Part shown: positions 9,083 to 18,888 of the stretch, in pieces
How positions within the stretch are numbered: position 1 is the first letter of the stretch
Layout of the letters: every line of letters starts with the position of its first letter
NCBI GenBank assembly: GCA_002506665.1
Contig: DAXZ01000053.1
Span: 7,337 to 71,336, forward strand
Length of the DNA stretch: 64,000 nucleotides
Direction of reading: 5' to 3'
Source: Nitrosopumilus sp. UBA526
GTDB lineage: Archaea > Thermoproteota > Nitrososphaeria > Nitrososphaerales > Nitrosopumilaceae
Notes under the pieces: model-generated
Databases searched by the model: none
What the model was told of the DNA's origin: nothing
What the model saw: only the letters and a program-made list of their open reading frames with translations
Translations under genes and position numbers: made by a program

Positions 9083-10587
9083 ATACGTGATTTTTCAAAA
9101 ATCACTCTGATCAGCATATCCATGATCTCATTTTTCATATCATCACTAAATTTGTTTTTTCTGATATTTGGGATCAGACACGGCAGGTATACTCCTGGAA
9201 ATGATGTCCATTCCTCGTTAATACACTTGATATATGCCGACTGGCTCATCAGCTCCTGCATCTCATCTTTCCCATCAAAAAGCCAGATGTTGTCATCTAA
9301 TGTAAGTGGCTGGTACGGCGCCCGGCCTCTGCTGATAATCATAATTTCTGCCTTCTTAATTGGATTGGGTGACTCTGCGAGTGCCTCTAAAAGTTTCATA
9401 GACAGAATATCTTGTGGATAATTTTTGATTTTTTTCTCCAGTACAATCCTAGGTTGTTTACGTTTGGTTATTTCGGCCGCGCGGTTTATGAATCTGTCCC
9501 AATCCCCAGATCTCTTCAAAAGCGAAACTGGTAGGTATCTTCTGTCCCATAACCCTCGGTATTTGTAAAAGATTTCCTGATTATTTTTCCAATGCTCTGC
9601 AAGAACATCCAGAATATAATCGTCAGTACTGCGCAGATTTGAGAATTCTTTCCAGTGAAAAATTTTGGGCTCGATCATATCTTTCTTAACAAGATCTTTT
9701 ACGGCAAGTTGAATCAGTGCATCTGTGGTTACAACCATGTGGTGCTGGTATAACCATTTGTACATCTTGAATCTGGAATCAAGCATGTCCTCTACTGCAC
9801 CTAGCGCTCTGTGATGTATTGCTAACTCATATTTTCCCATTCCATCTTTTTGTATTGACATATTCGTGATCACGCGCTCAGCATCAATTTGTCCATAGGT
9901 CACACCTGCCATCAGCGCATCGCGCAGGAGATAATCCATCCTGTCTGCATCTAGCTGGCCTGAGATGATTTTTTTGAGAATGGAAAAACCCATGGGATTC
10001 TCACGCGCTATATCTCCAGACGGATTCTTGACGATCAGTGACGAGCATGCGACTGCCATCCCTGGACTATCTGCTTCAATGGTTTCCCTGATCTCTCCAT
10101 TGTTGATAATTTTATACGAGTAATATTCGTGAATCGGAAGATCTTCTGTCTCAGACACATCGAACAATTTTTTTGCCTCTGCTACCTCGTCTGATTTTTC
10201 TCCCATCGCCTCCCTCATTATTTCTTCTCCTGCATGAGAAAAGGGACCGTGTCCTATGTCATGGAACAAGCAGGCCAATCTTACGACTCTGATGATTATA
10301 TCTGTAGACTCAATCTTGGGGAAAAGCTCCTTAAAATCGTCTTTGTGCAGGTTACCTAATAGATGTGTGATGATCTTTGATCCCATGAATAATGACCCGA
10401 TAACATGCTCAAGCCTGCTATGTAGCGCCCCAGGATATGTCAAAAACGCAGTAGAGTTTTGTCTTACCCTATGCAATCTGATAAATTCGGGCATCTGTAT
10501 CAACTCATACTCTAGATCGGTCAGATGGATGTATCCATGTACCGGATCTCTTATGACATGCTCAGCCCGAATGTGTGGTATGTCCAA
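9079..10587 (-). CDS. HD-domain phosphohydrolase, SAMHD1/dNTP triphosphohydrolase-like
   Basis: DPVHG, HSRLEH, HDIGHGPFSH, DADRMDYLLRD motifs. Confidence 0.9.
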   Translation of the reverse strand: MDIPHIRAEHVIRDPVHGYIHLTDLEYELIQMPEFIRLHRVRQNSTAFLTYPGALHSRLEHVIGSLFMGSKIITHLLGNLHKDDFKELFPKIESTDIIIRVVRLACLFHDIGHGPFSHAGEEIMREAMGEKSDEVAEAKKLFDVSETEDLPIHEYYSYKIINNGEIRETIEADSPGMAVACSSLIVKNPSGDIARENPMGFSILKKIISGQLDADRMDYLLRDALMAGVTYGQIDAERVITNMSIQKDGMGKYELAIHHRALGAVEDMLDSRFKMYKWLYQHHMVVTTDALIQLAVKDLVKKDMIEPKIFHWKEFSNLRSTDDYILDVLAEHWKNNQEIFYKYRGLWDRRYLPVSLLKRSGDWDRFINRAAEITKRKQPRIVLEKKIKNYPQDILSMKLLEALAESPNPIKKAEIMIISRGRAPYQPLTLDDNIWLFDGKDEMQELMSQSAYIKCINEEWTSFPGVYLPCLIPNIRKNKFSDDMKNEIMDMLIRVIFEKSRI

Positions 10588-10875
10588 CGATTTTTTATAT
10601 CCACATCAACGTTAAAAACAATGGGTATTATGAAATCCATTTTTTTTCCTGACATGTGATCGCAATACACAAATTAATATTTGTTCAGATTGTATATTTC
10701 AGCGATCAGGTTTCTCTATCATATGTGTGTGCTATTTGGGTATTATTCTTGGTAGGTCTAGGCAACACACCGGTCTTTTTGTCCATTGGTCAGTGATTTT
10801 AGTAATCTTAATGCAGTTTTAATAATTTAATATCATTTTACTGCCTTTCTTTACATGGTTTGTATTATTTTGATA

Positions 10876-11100
10876 TTAAATTACTCGTCTCTTACCGGCA
10901 ACTAGTCTCTTCTTGTCTCGGCAGATTCCACAGAGATAACTCGCTAGGAATCCCTCTAGTTCTGCCTCAAATTCTTGGGTCTTGCAGTACCTCTCCCCGA
11001 CCCGTAATGTTCCGGGTACCTGTTTGCCACAGCTAGTGCAATGAATATCTGCATCAAATTTAATTCTCTTCTCGTTTTTAGAGACTCTGCCTAGTATCAT
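10876..11100 (-). CDS. Small Zn-finger-like protein
   Basis: CTSC...CGIC. Confidence 0.7.
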   Translation of the reverse strand: MILGRVSKNEKRIKFDADIHCTSCGKQVPGTLRVGERYCKTQEFEAELEGFLASYLCGICRDKKRLVAGKRRVI

Positions 11101-11180
11101 GTATCTTTTGTGTTTGATTTTGATATAAACAGTGTGTGGGTATATCTCATATATACTGAAAATCTATCAGAGTAACTAGT

Positions 11181-12065
11181 ATGCTCACTGTATGGTTTCA
11201 GGTGATCAGGATAAGATTTCTACTTGCATCTGTAATTGCAGTCTCAGTTGGACTGTCACTGAATTGGTGGCAGAGCTCGACAATTGATATCTTTGATGCG
11301 GCCCTGACTCTTGCAGGAGTCATCGCACTACATGCAAGCGTTGACCTGCTAAATGATTTTTGGGATTTCAAGCGCGGCATTGATACTAAAACCACTAGGA
11401 CAAAGATGAGCGGCGGAACAGGTGTACTGCCTAAAGGGTTACTCAAACCCTCATCAGTATATCGCGCCGGAATTGCATCATTAATCATTGGAACCGCGTT
11501 GGGCGGATACTTTGTCATAACTGACGGTATCACTATAGCGCTAATCCTGGGGTTTGCAGTCTTGTCTATCTATTTTTATTCCACAAAGATTGTTGATTCT
11601 GGACTAGGCGAGTTCTTTGTTGCAGCAAAGGGGGCAATGATAGTTATTGGAACTTTTTTTATCCAGTCAGGTGAAATTACAGCAGAGTCAATACTTGCAG
11701 GAATAGTTGTCGGGTCTCTGTCATCTCTGGTGCTCTTTATTGCATCATTTCCAGACCATGATGCAGACAAATCAAAGGGCAGAAAGACTCTGGTCATAAT
11801 TGTAGGTAAACAAAAGGCGGCCAAACTCTTTTGGCTCTATCCTGCCGTATCGTATGGTGCCCTAGTTCTAGGCGTAATATCGGGTGTTTTCCCATTATTC
11901 TCACTGCTGGCTCTGCTTGGGGTGCCGTTGTTGATACATTCCGGCATTGGCCTGCACAAAAACTATGACTCTGTTAATCTGCTTGTTCCATACATGTCAT
12001 CGACTCTTTTGTATAGTAGAATTACAGGAGCGTTGTTTATTGTCGGATTTTTGCTGAGACTCTAG
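11181..12065 (+). CDS. UbiA/MenA-family prenyltransferase
   Basis: NDFWDFKRGID, PDHDADKSKGRKTL; multi-TM. Confidence 0.88.
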   Translation: MLTVWFQVIRIRFLLASVIAVSVGLSLNWWQSSTIDIFDAALTLAGVIALHASVDLLNDFWDFKRGIDTKTTRTKMSGGTGVLPKGLLKPSSVYRAGIASLIIGTALGGYFVITDGITIALILGFAVLSIYFYSTKIVDSGLGEFFVAAKGAMIVIGTFFIQSGEITAESILAGIVVGSLSSLVLFIASFPDHDADKSKGRKTLVIIVGKQKAAKLFWLYPAVSYGALVLGVISGVFPLFSLLALLGVPLLIHSGIGLHKNYDSVNLLVPYMSSTLLYSRITGALFIVGFLLRL

Positions 12066-12096
12066 ACATAAATTTAACAACTATACAGAGATCTCA

Positions 12097-13197
12097 ATGA
12101 TCCCCGGATATGCGACATTTGAAGGAACACAGAGATTTGCTGATAATTCGGGCGTGAATCAAGACAATTTTAGGAAATTTGCAAATCTGACGCTCTCGAA
12201 TGTAGGTATCGGCACATATCTTGGCGATGCTGATGCAAAGACTGACAAGCTGGTAACAGATGCTGTAAAGCAGTCCCTCCTGTCTGGAATCAATGTTATA
12301 GACACTGCAATAAACTATCGCTCACAAAAGGCAGAGCGGTCAATAGGCAAGGCAGTCTCTGAACTAATTCATGATGGCAAGATATCACGAGACCAGTTCT
12401 TTGTCAGCTCAAAAAACGGCTATCTCACAAATGACGCTGATGTTAACCTGGAATTTTGGGAGTATGTAAAGGAGGAATATTCTCAAAAAGGCATCATAAA
12501 GGAGGGTGACGTTACCTCTGGCTATCACTGTATGACTAGGAGATACCTCTCAGACCAGCTTGATAGAAGCTTGAAAAATTTGGGCCTTGAGTGTCTTGAT
12601 CTTTTGTATCTGCATAATGCAGTTGAGGGACAGATTAAGGATGTATCAAAAAAAGTGTTCATGGAGAATCTAAAGTCTGTCTTTGAGCTGTATGAGCAAA
12701 AACGTTCAGAAGGCAAGATAAAGTTTTACGGCATGGCCACTTGGGAGTGCTTTCGAGTTCCAAAAGATAATCCGCAATATCTCTCACTTGAGGGCATAGT
12801 AGATATGGCAAAAGAGATAGGCGGTGAGGGCCACGGACTCAGATTCATACAGCTTCCCTACAACATGAACTATGATCAGGCACTGCTTGCAAAGAATCAA
12901 TCACTTGGTGCAGAATCAGTATCTGTTCTAGAGGCATCTATAAAATTAGGTGTAGGTGTATTTACAAGCGTTCCATTTATGCAAGGAAGGCTGTTATCAC
13001 CTGGCGTGCTGCCTGATTTTAATGAACTAGAGCCCTCTTTGCGTGCATTACAGTTTATTCGCTCAACGCCCGGAGTCTTAGCGCCACTAGTGGGTCAGAA
13101 ATCCCCCGAACATGTATCAGAGAATCTCAAAATCATGAATATACCTACGATGACTGAGGAGGAATTTCTTGTGCTGATAAAGAAACTAACCTCGTGA
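12097..13197 (+). CDS. Aldo/keto reductase
   Basis: GIGTY, IDTAINY, LDLLYLHN. Confidence 0.9.
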   Translation: MIPGYATFEGTQRFADNSGVNQDNFRKFANLTLSNVGIGTYLGDADAKTDKLVTDAVKQSLLSGINVIDTAINYRSQKAERSIGKAVSELIHDGKISRDQFFVSSKNGYLTNDADVNLEFWEYVKEEYSQKGIIKEGDVTSGYHCMTRRYLSDQLDRSLKNLGLECLDLLYLHNAVEGQIKDVSKKVFMENLKSVFELYEQKRSEGKIKFYGMATWECFRVPKDNPQYLSLEGIVDMAKEIGGEGHGLRFIQLPYNMNYDQALLAKNQSLGAESVSVLEASIKLGVGVFTSVPFMQGRLLSPGVLPDFNELEPSLRALQFIRSTPGVLAPLVGQKSPEHVSENLKIMNIPTMTEEEFLVLIKKLTS

Positions 13198-13247
13198 CTA
13201 TGTGTAGAAAGATAATAAATGAGTGAAATCTAAGGTGACATAGTAAT

Positions 13248-13613
13248 TTGTCTGATAAAATATACGATTATACAAAGATCTGCAACTCGATACTTGGCAT
13301 CGACTCTAAAATCCGCTTTGCCGGAGTTATAAATGAACGGGGGCACTTGGTTGCAGGCGGGATGAAGGAAAACACCGAGCCACTAGAGAGCGAAAAGGAT
13401 GATGAGATGATCTTTATGGAGCTTGCATTGCGTGTCAAGATGAGAAGAGAGTTTGATACGCAGCTAGGCCCTGTCAACTTTGCTATGGCTTCTCGTGAAC
13501 GGATCCTTGCAATCAGCGTACTGATTAATGATGATATCGTGTATGTTGTAGCAGAGCCTGATGCAGACTATGGCACACTACCAAAAAAGATTCTCAACAT
13601 AGTCCATGCCTGA
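13248..13613 (+). CDS. Roadblock/profilin-like thaumarchaeal protein (DUF6659-like)
   Basis: IRFAGVINERG...FDTQLGPV pattern. Confidence 0.7.
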   Translation: MSDKIYDYTKICNSILGIDSKIRFAGVINERGHLVAGGMKENTEPLESEKDDEMIFMELALRVKMRREFDTQLGPVNFAMASRERILAISVLINDDIVYVVAEPDADYGTLPKKILNIVHA

Positions 13614-13694
13614 GTGAGATATTGTGTCATGAACCCCGACCCACCAGGATGCTTCTAAATCAAGCTATAAATTGAATTCATGAATAAAAGATTT

Positions 13695-13841
13695 GTGCCA
13701 GTGGATCCTGTATGTGGAATTGAACTAGACTTGGAACTAGCGTTACTTTATGACCATGATGGGAAAAAATTCTATTTCTGCTGTAATGGGTGCAGACAAA
13801 TCTTTATCAAAAAGCCTAGAAAATACAAAAATAACACCTAG
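13695..13841 (+). CDS. YHS/TRASH-domain microprotein (48 aa; not in ORF track)
   Basis: MPVDPVCGIEL...GKKFYFCCNGCRQIFIKKP. Confidence 0.82.
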   Translation: MPVDPVCGIELDLELALLYDHDGKKFYFCCNGCRQIFIKKPRKYKNNT

Positions 13842-14779
13842 ATGGGAAAAGCCCCACACATCCTACAAAACTTTGAATCGCCAACATGTTGCTTGCAGTA
13901 CGGACATGCCTTGCCTGATTTTACATCTGACAAAACACCAAATAATTTTTTATAGACCTCGTAATAGTGCATTGACTCCCTGCTTCTAATTATGACTCCG
14001 TCTGCATCCTCAACTGTCAATTTCTTTTCAACAAACTTTTCTTCATCTATTACTGAATCAAACAGACTAGTCAGTCCTGCTGTTCCTGCACCGTCTTGCA
14101 TCGGGGATTTTTCCCTCCAGGCTATCTGCTCTGGAATGTATTCCTCAAAGGTCTTTCGCAATATCCACTTTCCATGTATCTTTCCGTCTCGGTCTCGGAC
14201 TTTGAGGCTTGCGGGAATCTCTTTTGCAATATCTATGATTCTCTGATTCAGAAATGGTGATTCTATGGAGACGCCTAGAGCCTTGCCTATCTCTTGTGTT
14301 GGAAAGTGCATAACTGAGCAGATCCTCTTTATCTCTTTTTCCAATTCATCGCCGGACTTTTTTGCAAGAAAACTATACCCTGCAAACAACTCGTCGGCAC
14401 CATCTCCTGTGATTATGTGGTCTTTTCCTTGGTCCTTTGCCCATTTGATTGCCATATACATTACAACATTGTTGCGAATCTCAATATCATTGAAATTCTT
14501 TAAAATTCTGACAGTCTCCTCTACAGCTTCAAGAATTGCGGCAGTCTTGACGTTGTGAATTGTAAGCGGCAGCTGTAACTCCTTTGAGATCATCTGGCAG
14601 TATGTTAAATCAGTCGATACAAAATCCTCGGCAATGACTGTAACTGCCTCTAATTTCTGTCTCAGGAGATATGATATAATGGAGCTATCAAGTCCGCCTG
14701 ACAATGAGATTAGGTCAGAACTGCACTCGTTGCATGACTCTGATAACGCATTGTAAATATCCTGTGACCACTCTTTCAA
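13838..14779 (-). CDS. Asparagine synthase-related ATP pyrophosphatase with C-terminal Zn ribbon; no glutaminase domain
   Basis: SLSGGLDSS, TGDGADELFAGY, CPYC..CRMC; likely TTG start at 14779. Confidence 0.85.
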   Translation of the reverse strand: MKEWSQDIYNALSESCNECSSDLISLSGGLDSSIISYLLRQKLEAVTVIAEDFVSTDLTYCQMISKELQLPLTIHNVKTAAILEAVEETVRILKNFNDIEIRNNVVMYMAIKWAKDQGKDHIITGDGADELFAGYSFLAKKSGDELEKEIKRICSVMHFPTQEIGKALGVSIESPFLNQRIIDIAKEIPASLKVRDRDGKIHGKWILRKTFEEYIPEQIAWREKSPMQDGAGTAGLTSLFDSVIDEEKFVEKKLTVEDADGVIIRSRESMHYYEVYKKLFGVLSDVKSGKACPYCKQHVGDSKFCRMCGAFPI

Positions 14780-14882
14780 TACTGTAAGGCATGTTCTTGA
14801 AATTAAAATAGCTATGCCTAACTTGGATTTATGTGACAAATTATTGTAAACTTTAAATCCTTTATCTGATTCTTGAGAGATA

Positions 14883-15299
14883 TTGCTACTACCTGCCGAG
14901 ATTGAATCCAAGACACTGATTCCTGCATTACGGGCTATCCTTGCCAAAAAACTTGCCGAAGATCATAATATTCGTGAAGATGAAATCTCAAAGATGCTTG
15001 GTGTAACCCAGGCTGCAATTAGCAACTACATTCGGGGTACACGTGGTGACCCATCACTGATTGCCAAACTCTTGGCAGAAAAGCAAGTTGCCATCATGAT
15101 AAATGAACTATGTGATAGTTTGTCATCTGACATGGCATACACTCCATCTAACCTTTCAAAGTTCATAGGACTGTGCAACTATATCAAATCAAGTCTGCTA
15201 ATCTGTGAGATTCATCACAACTTGGAATCTAATATTGATGAGCAGGTATGCAAAGAGTGTGAGAACATGTTACTCAAAGGACCCGGAAGTGTCTACTGA
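14883..15299 (+). CDS. HTH transcriptional regulator
   Basis: EISKMLGVTQAAISNYIRGTRG. Confidence 0.85.
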   Translation: MLLPAEIESKTLIPALRAILAKKLAEDHNIREDEISKMLGVTQAAISNYIRGTRGDPSLIAKLLAEKQVAIMINELCDSLSSDMAYTPSNLSKFIGLCNYIKSSLLICEIHHNLESNIDEQVCKECENMLLKGPGSVY

Positions 15300-15598
15300 G
15301 TCTTTGCCAGAATAATCTCTATAGTCGATATCATCCTACCAATACCTGCGGCATCTACTGTATCTAGTGTAATCTTTTGAACTCGGATGTTGCCTTTGAG
15401 CATCTTTTCTGTAATTATGTTTGCTACAGCTACTGCATTTGGAATTGATTTATCCTTTGATTTTAAAATCACTTTGTCCTTTTTATCAAACATGTTCATT
15501 ACCTCAAGGGCAATCTCCATTACGGGATAATTCCCAATCTGCATTGTGGTCACCGTCTGTTCTTGACTTTGTAAGTTAACTGTCTCCTCCATTAGCAT
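15293..15598 (-). CDS. Alba-like nucleic-acid-binding protein
   Basis: IGNYPVM, SIPNAVAVA, ISTIEIIL. Confidence 0.75.
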   Translation of the reverse strand: MLMEETVNLQSQEQTVTTMQIGNYPVMEIALEVMNMFDKKDKVILKSKDKSIPNAVAVANIITEKMLKGNIRVQKITLDTVDAAGIGRMISTIEIILAKTQ

Positions 15599-15649
15599 TA
15601 TTCAACATTTAGAAATTTTATGATCTTTTAAGTTTTATCGACCATTGAT

Positions 15650-16135
15650 TCATTTTTCAAAATAATCAATTGGTATGTTTTGATAATCCCCGTTTGGCAG
15701 AACCCTTCGTATTGTGATTGGAATTACTCTCTTCTCTAGTTCTTCCATTGAGATATCCAACGAAATTCTTGCAGTCTTTGGGATCTGGATAAAGGGGGGT
15801 GCTCCCTGCGATAGCTGCAATGCCCTTGCTCCCATAATTCTTGCTTTCTCAAACCTTGTTAGTGTTGGCGGCCCTATTGTAATTTTATTTTTTTCACAGG
15901 GAATCTCTACGATATCATGCTCCACAATCTTTTCAATAACCTCTCGTTGCTCGATCTCTTTGATTCTCTTTTCAAGCTTGCCTTGTTCTTTTTCAGTTAA
16001 TGGTTCTACGAGGTCTTTTCTATCGATTAGCTTGCGGTATGTCTCTAGTGCCTTGTTTAATCCTGTATTTTCTTTACTTTCTGGTTCTTCAGATGCTGTA
16101 GATTCTGATAACACTGGTTCCTTAACATCTGCCAA
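15650..16135 (-). CDS. rpoK: RNA polymerase subunit Rpo6 (K)
   Basis: LTRFEKARIMGARALQLSQGAPP. Confidence 0.95.
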   Translation of the reverse strand: MADVKEPVLSESTASEEPESKENTGLNKALETYRKLIDRKDLVEPLTEKEQGKLEKRIKEIEQREVIEKIVEHDIVEIPCEKNKITIGPPTLTRFEKARIMGARALQLSQGAPPFIQIPKTARISLDISMEELEKRVIPITIRRVLPNGDYQNIPIDYFEK

Positions 16136-16322
16136 GTAAGAAAATTTCTTTTAAACGTTATTTAACTGCTCGTTTCTATACGGTCTCCCCAAAATCAACC
16201 TGTCTGTGTTATTCAGATGTTAAGGCCGTGAAACCCCCACGGCCCCCACCCTTATCTGTCATAGGAGATGACAAAATTGGGAACAAACATCATCTTTCTA
16301 CTTGATTCTAACTCTGGAGGCA

Positions 16323-16664
16323 TTAACAACGTGTTCTTTCTTTTAATGTAATAATTGAGCGTAAAATTAAACTCGAGATCCCAATAGTTGATGTAAGAAA
16401 CTCGGCCGCCCTTGCAAGCGGATTCTTGCCACGAAACCCCTCATCATAAATCATCTCAACTGAACCACGGTCAGTATCAACAAACGAGGTAATCAGTGAA
16501 AACACACCTAAACGCTCATCGGTATCTTCAGTGTAGAGGCGCAACTCTACTTTGGAAATTATAAATTCGTCTTGACCAAAGTCCCCTGATAACAACACCC
16601 GTACGTCATCAGGCGTTTTGTCTACTCTGCTGGGATCATGCAGATCAATTATGTTTGGCGGCAT
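16323..16664 (-). CDS. Hypothetical protein
   Basis: 113-aa ORF filling the gap, normal composition. Confidence 0.65.
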   Translation of the reverse strand: MPPNIIDLHDPSRVDKTPDDVRVLLSGDFGQDEFIISKVELRLYTEDTDERLGVFSLITSFVDTDRGSVEMIYDEGFRGKNPLARAAEFLTSTIGISSLILRSIITLKERTRC

Positions 16665-16744
16665 TACAAATTAGGTAATAACTTGAGGCATTTTAAATCA
16701 GGCGTTGCGATAGCATTATTTACTGAAAAAACGGATTTTTATCT

Positions 16745-17815
16745 ATGGATCCGCACACGTTTCACGGCAAAGATATTCCCCACATAAGACTAGATCCTAA
16801 AATGACCATAGAGGACTTGGTAGATGTCTTTGCAAACTCTGGGTTCAATGGCAGACAGCTCGGAGATGCAGCAAAACTCTATGCCAAAATGATTCAAGAA
16901 GATGCAACAATCTGCCTTACAGTATCAGGCGCCATGACGCCAGTAGGGTTTGGCGGGATAATCAAGACCCTCATTGAGCGAGGATTTGTGGATTGGATTG
17001 TGACTACGGGGGCAAACGTGTACCATGAAGATCATTTTGCCTGGGGACTGCCAGTCAAACAGGGAAGCTTTGATGTAGATGACATGAAACTATACGAGAA
17101 CGAGATTGTCAGGATTAGGGACGTATACATTAAATTTAATGAGACGCTAGAGGCCCAAGACCAACTAGTACAAAAGATGGTTGATAAGCATTTTACAGAC
17201 CGACCGTTTACAACTGCAGAGTTTTGTAATCTGATGGGCAAGCTGAGCAAAGAGGGCGCCAAATATCCTGAAAAGAGCTTTGTAACTGCGGCATATGATT
17301 ATGATGTTCCAGTATACATCTCCACCATAAAGGACTCGTCACTGGCATTGAATCTGGCAGTTCACAGACTGCGGGGAAAAACATACAGCTTGGATTTTGT
17401 AAGAGAAATTATTGAACAGGCAGCAATCATCTATGACTCGGAAAAATCAGGAATATTGGAGCTTGGTGGAGGGGTGCCAAAGAACACTGCCCAGCAGACA
17501 GGCCCGCTACTGGATCAAATTCTAAAACGAAACGATGGAGGACAAGACTATATCATTCAAATAACTGACGCGCATCCTGATACTGGAGGTCTGTCTGGTG
17601 CTACACTGCAAGAGGGCAAGAGTTGGGGCAAAATTAAAGATGCACATACTGGGATGGTCACAGTTTATGCAGATGTAACTATAGCGTTTCCTATTCTTGC
17701 ACTATATGTTCTAAGCAACCAAAACACAAGAAAACCAAAGAGGCTCTACAAAAAACTAAATCAACTGTACAAAAACCTAAGTGACGACTATTTCAAAAAC
17801 CCGCCTGCACACTAA
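16745..17815 (+). CDS. Deoxyhypusine synthase-family protein (DHS or homospermidine synthase-like)
   Basis: GGGVPKN, GGLSGATLQEGKSWGK. Confidence 0.9.
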   Translation: MDPHTFHGKDIPHIRLDPKMTIEDLVDVFANSGFNGRQLGDAAKLYAKMIQEDATICLTVSGAMTPVGFGGIIKTLIERGFVDWIVTTGANVYHEDHFAWGLPVKQGSFDVDDMKLYENEIVRIRDVYIKFNETLEAQDQLVQKMVDKHFTDRPFTTAEFCNLMGKLSKEGAKYPEKSFVTAAYDYDVPVYISTIKDSSLALNLAVHRLRGKTYSLDFVREIIEQAAIIYDSEKSGILELGGGVPKNTAQQTGPLLDQILKRNDGGQDYIIQITDAHPDTGGLSGATLQEGKSWGKIKDAHTGMVTVYADVTIAFPILALYVLSNQNTRKPKRLYKKLNQLYKNLSDDYFKNPPAH

Positions 17816-18024
17816 AACCTGTCAAATCTGGCACGTTCTAGTTCTCTGTCATCTTTGGATTCTTTTTTGTATTCCTTGTAGTGTTCTTTGCAAAGGGCAG
17901 TCTTTTTGCCTGCCGAGTTTACCCGCAGTCCGGCACCCTCTACCTTGCCGGTGTTCAGGGAGCGTACGCCGTCCTTGTCACAGCCCTCAAAATTGCATTT
18001 TGCGCCTTTGGCTATTATTCCCAT
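17812..18024 (-). CDS. Small Cys/His protein
   Basis: CNFEGC...LCKEHY. Confidence 0.7.
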   Translation of the reverse strand: MGIIAKGAKCNFEGCDKDGVRSLNTGKVEGAGLRVNSAGKKTALCKEHYKEYKKESKDDRELERARFDRF

Positions 18025-18130
18025 AAATATGGATGATCGAGATGTTATTTATACTTGAAAGCATTCTTTTGCCCTGTGTGACAAAAATCCAGTTTTATCG
18101 TTTATAAGTGGAATATTTTTTTCCAAAGTT

Positions 18131-18436
18131 ATGGGTGGAGCAAAAAGACCAACAATTTCAAAAAAGGACAGATCATCAAGCTCCAAGGATACAAAGAAAA
18201 AGAAAGACAAGGGTGAGGGCGGTGCAAAAAAAGCCGAGATCACAGTTTTAGTAAATGAGCAACAGGCACTAAAGATTATTCAAAACTCCAAGGTCTTTAC
18301 AGTTCAGGAACTTGCTAGACAGATGGGAGTTAAAATCTCTGCTGCAAATGCATTTCTAAGGGAATCTACAGACAAAGGCATTGTAAAGCGGGTCGGCGGA
18401 TATTCAGGCCATCGCCTATATCAGACGGCCTCATAG
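18131..18436 (+). CDS. rps25e: 30S ribosomal protein S25e
   Basis: MGGAKR Lys-rich N-terminus plus winged helix (TVQELARQMGVKISAA). Confidence 0.85.
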   Translation: MGGAKRPTISKKDRSSSSKDTKKKKDKGEGGAKKAEITVLVNEQQALKIIQNSKVFTVQELARQMGVKISAANAFLRESTDKGIVKRVGGYSGHRLYQTAS

Positions 18437-18801
18437 ATAGACAACACATCTCCGGACTCTGTGTCTTGTAATGCATCGATACTTTCTGCTAGTCTTCCTA
18501 TAGGTGTCATGGACTTTGCAAATATGGCATCATTTAGAAAGAAACAGATGCTTCCTGTAGATGGCAAGAATGCAACATCACCTTTTTTGAACTCGGTTCT
18601 TGACCTTTCAATCCCCGAATCAATACTTGTTTCAAAATACAAGATGCTCTTTCCTAGAAGATGAGCGTGTCCCTCCAACGGCAAGGATCTCATGATGGTT
18701 CCAACTGTTCTAGGGGACAGGTGCATCTTTAGATTGCATGAAATCTTTGCTTTGTTGCGAATCTCTAAAACTAGCTGTTTTCTGGAAACTGATGCACTCA
18801 A
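18421..18801 (-). CDS. Cyclophilin-like fold protein (TM1367-like)
   Basis: SPRTV..LP, KGDVAFLP..ICFF. Confidence 0.75.
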   Translation of the reverse strand: MSASVSRKQLVLEIRNKAKISCNLKMHLSPRTVGTIMRSLPLEGHAHLLGKSILYFETSIDSGIERSRTEFKKGDVAFLPSTGSICFFLNDAIFAKSMTPIGRLAESIDALQDTESGDVLSIYEAV

Positions 18802-18888
18802 CTTATCCTGTCTTGCTGAGATATTATATAATCTGTACTCATCAGAATGTCTGCGGACAGTCTTGTTTCCTGAATGTATAATGACACA

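Larger units (their letters stand above)
8442..9288. repeat. 418-bp tandem duplication, with AAAAGCCAGAT at all three junctions (8442, 8860, 9278)
   Basis: Manual alignment shows 13 substitutions and no indels. Confidence 0.96.

Noticed and set aside
8442-9288. Template/variable repeat pair of a diversity-generating retroelement
   Set aside because: The 13 differences are not confined to adenines of one copy, and no reverse transcriptase gene is in the window
6527-10870. Intact integrative element or provirus at tRNA(CAT)
   Set aside because: No integrase and no repeat of the tRNA 3' end found by eye
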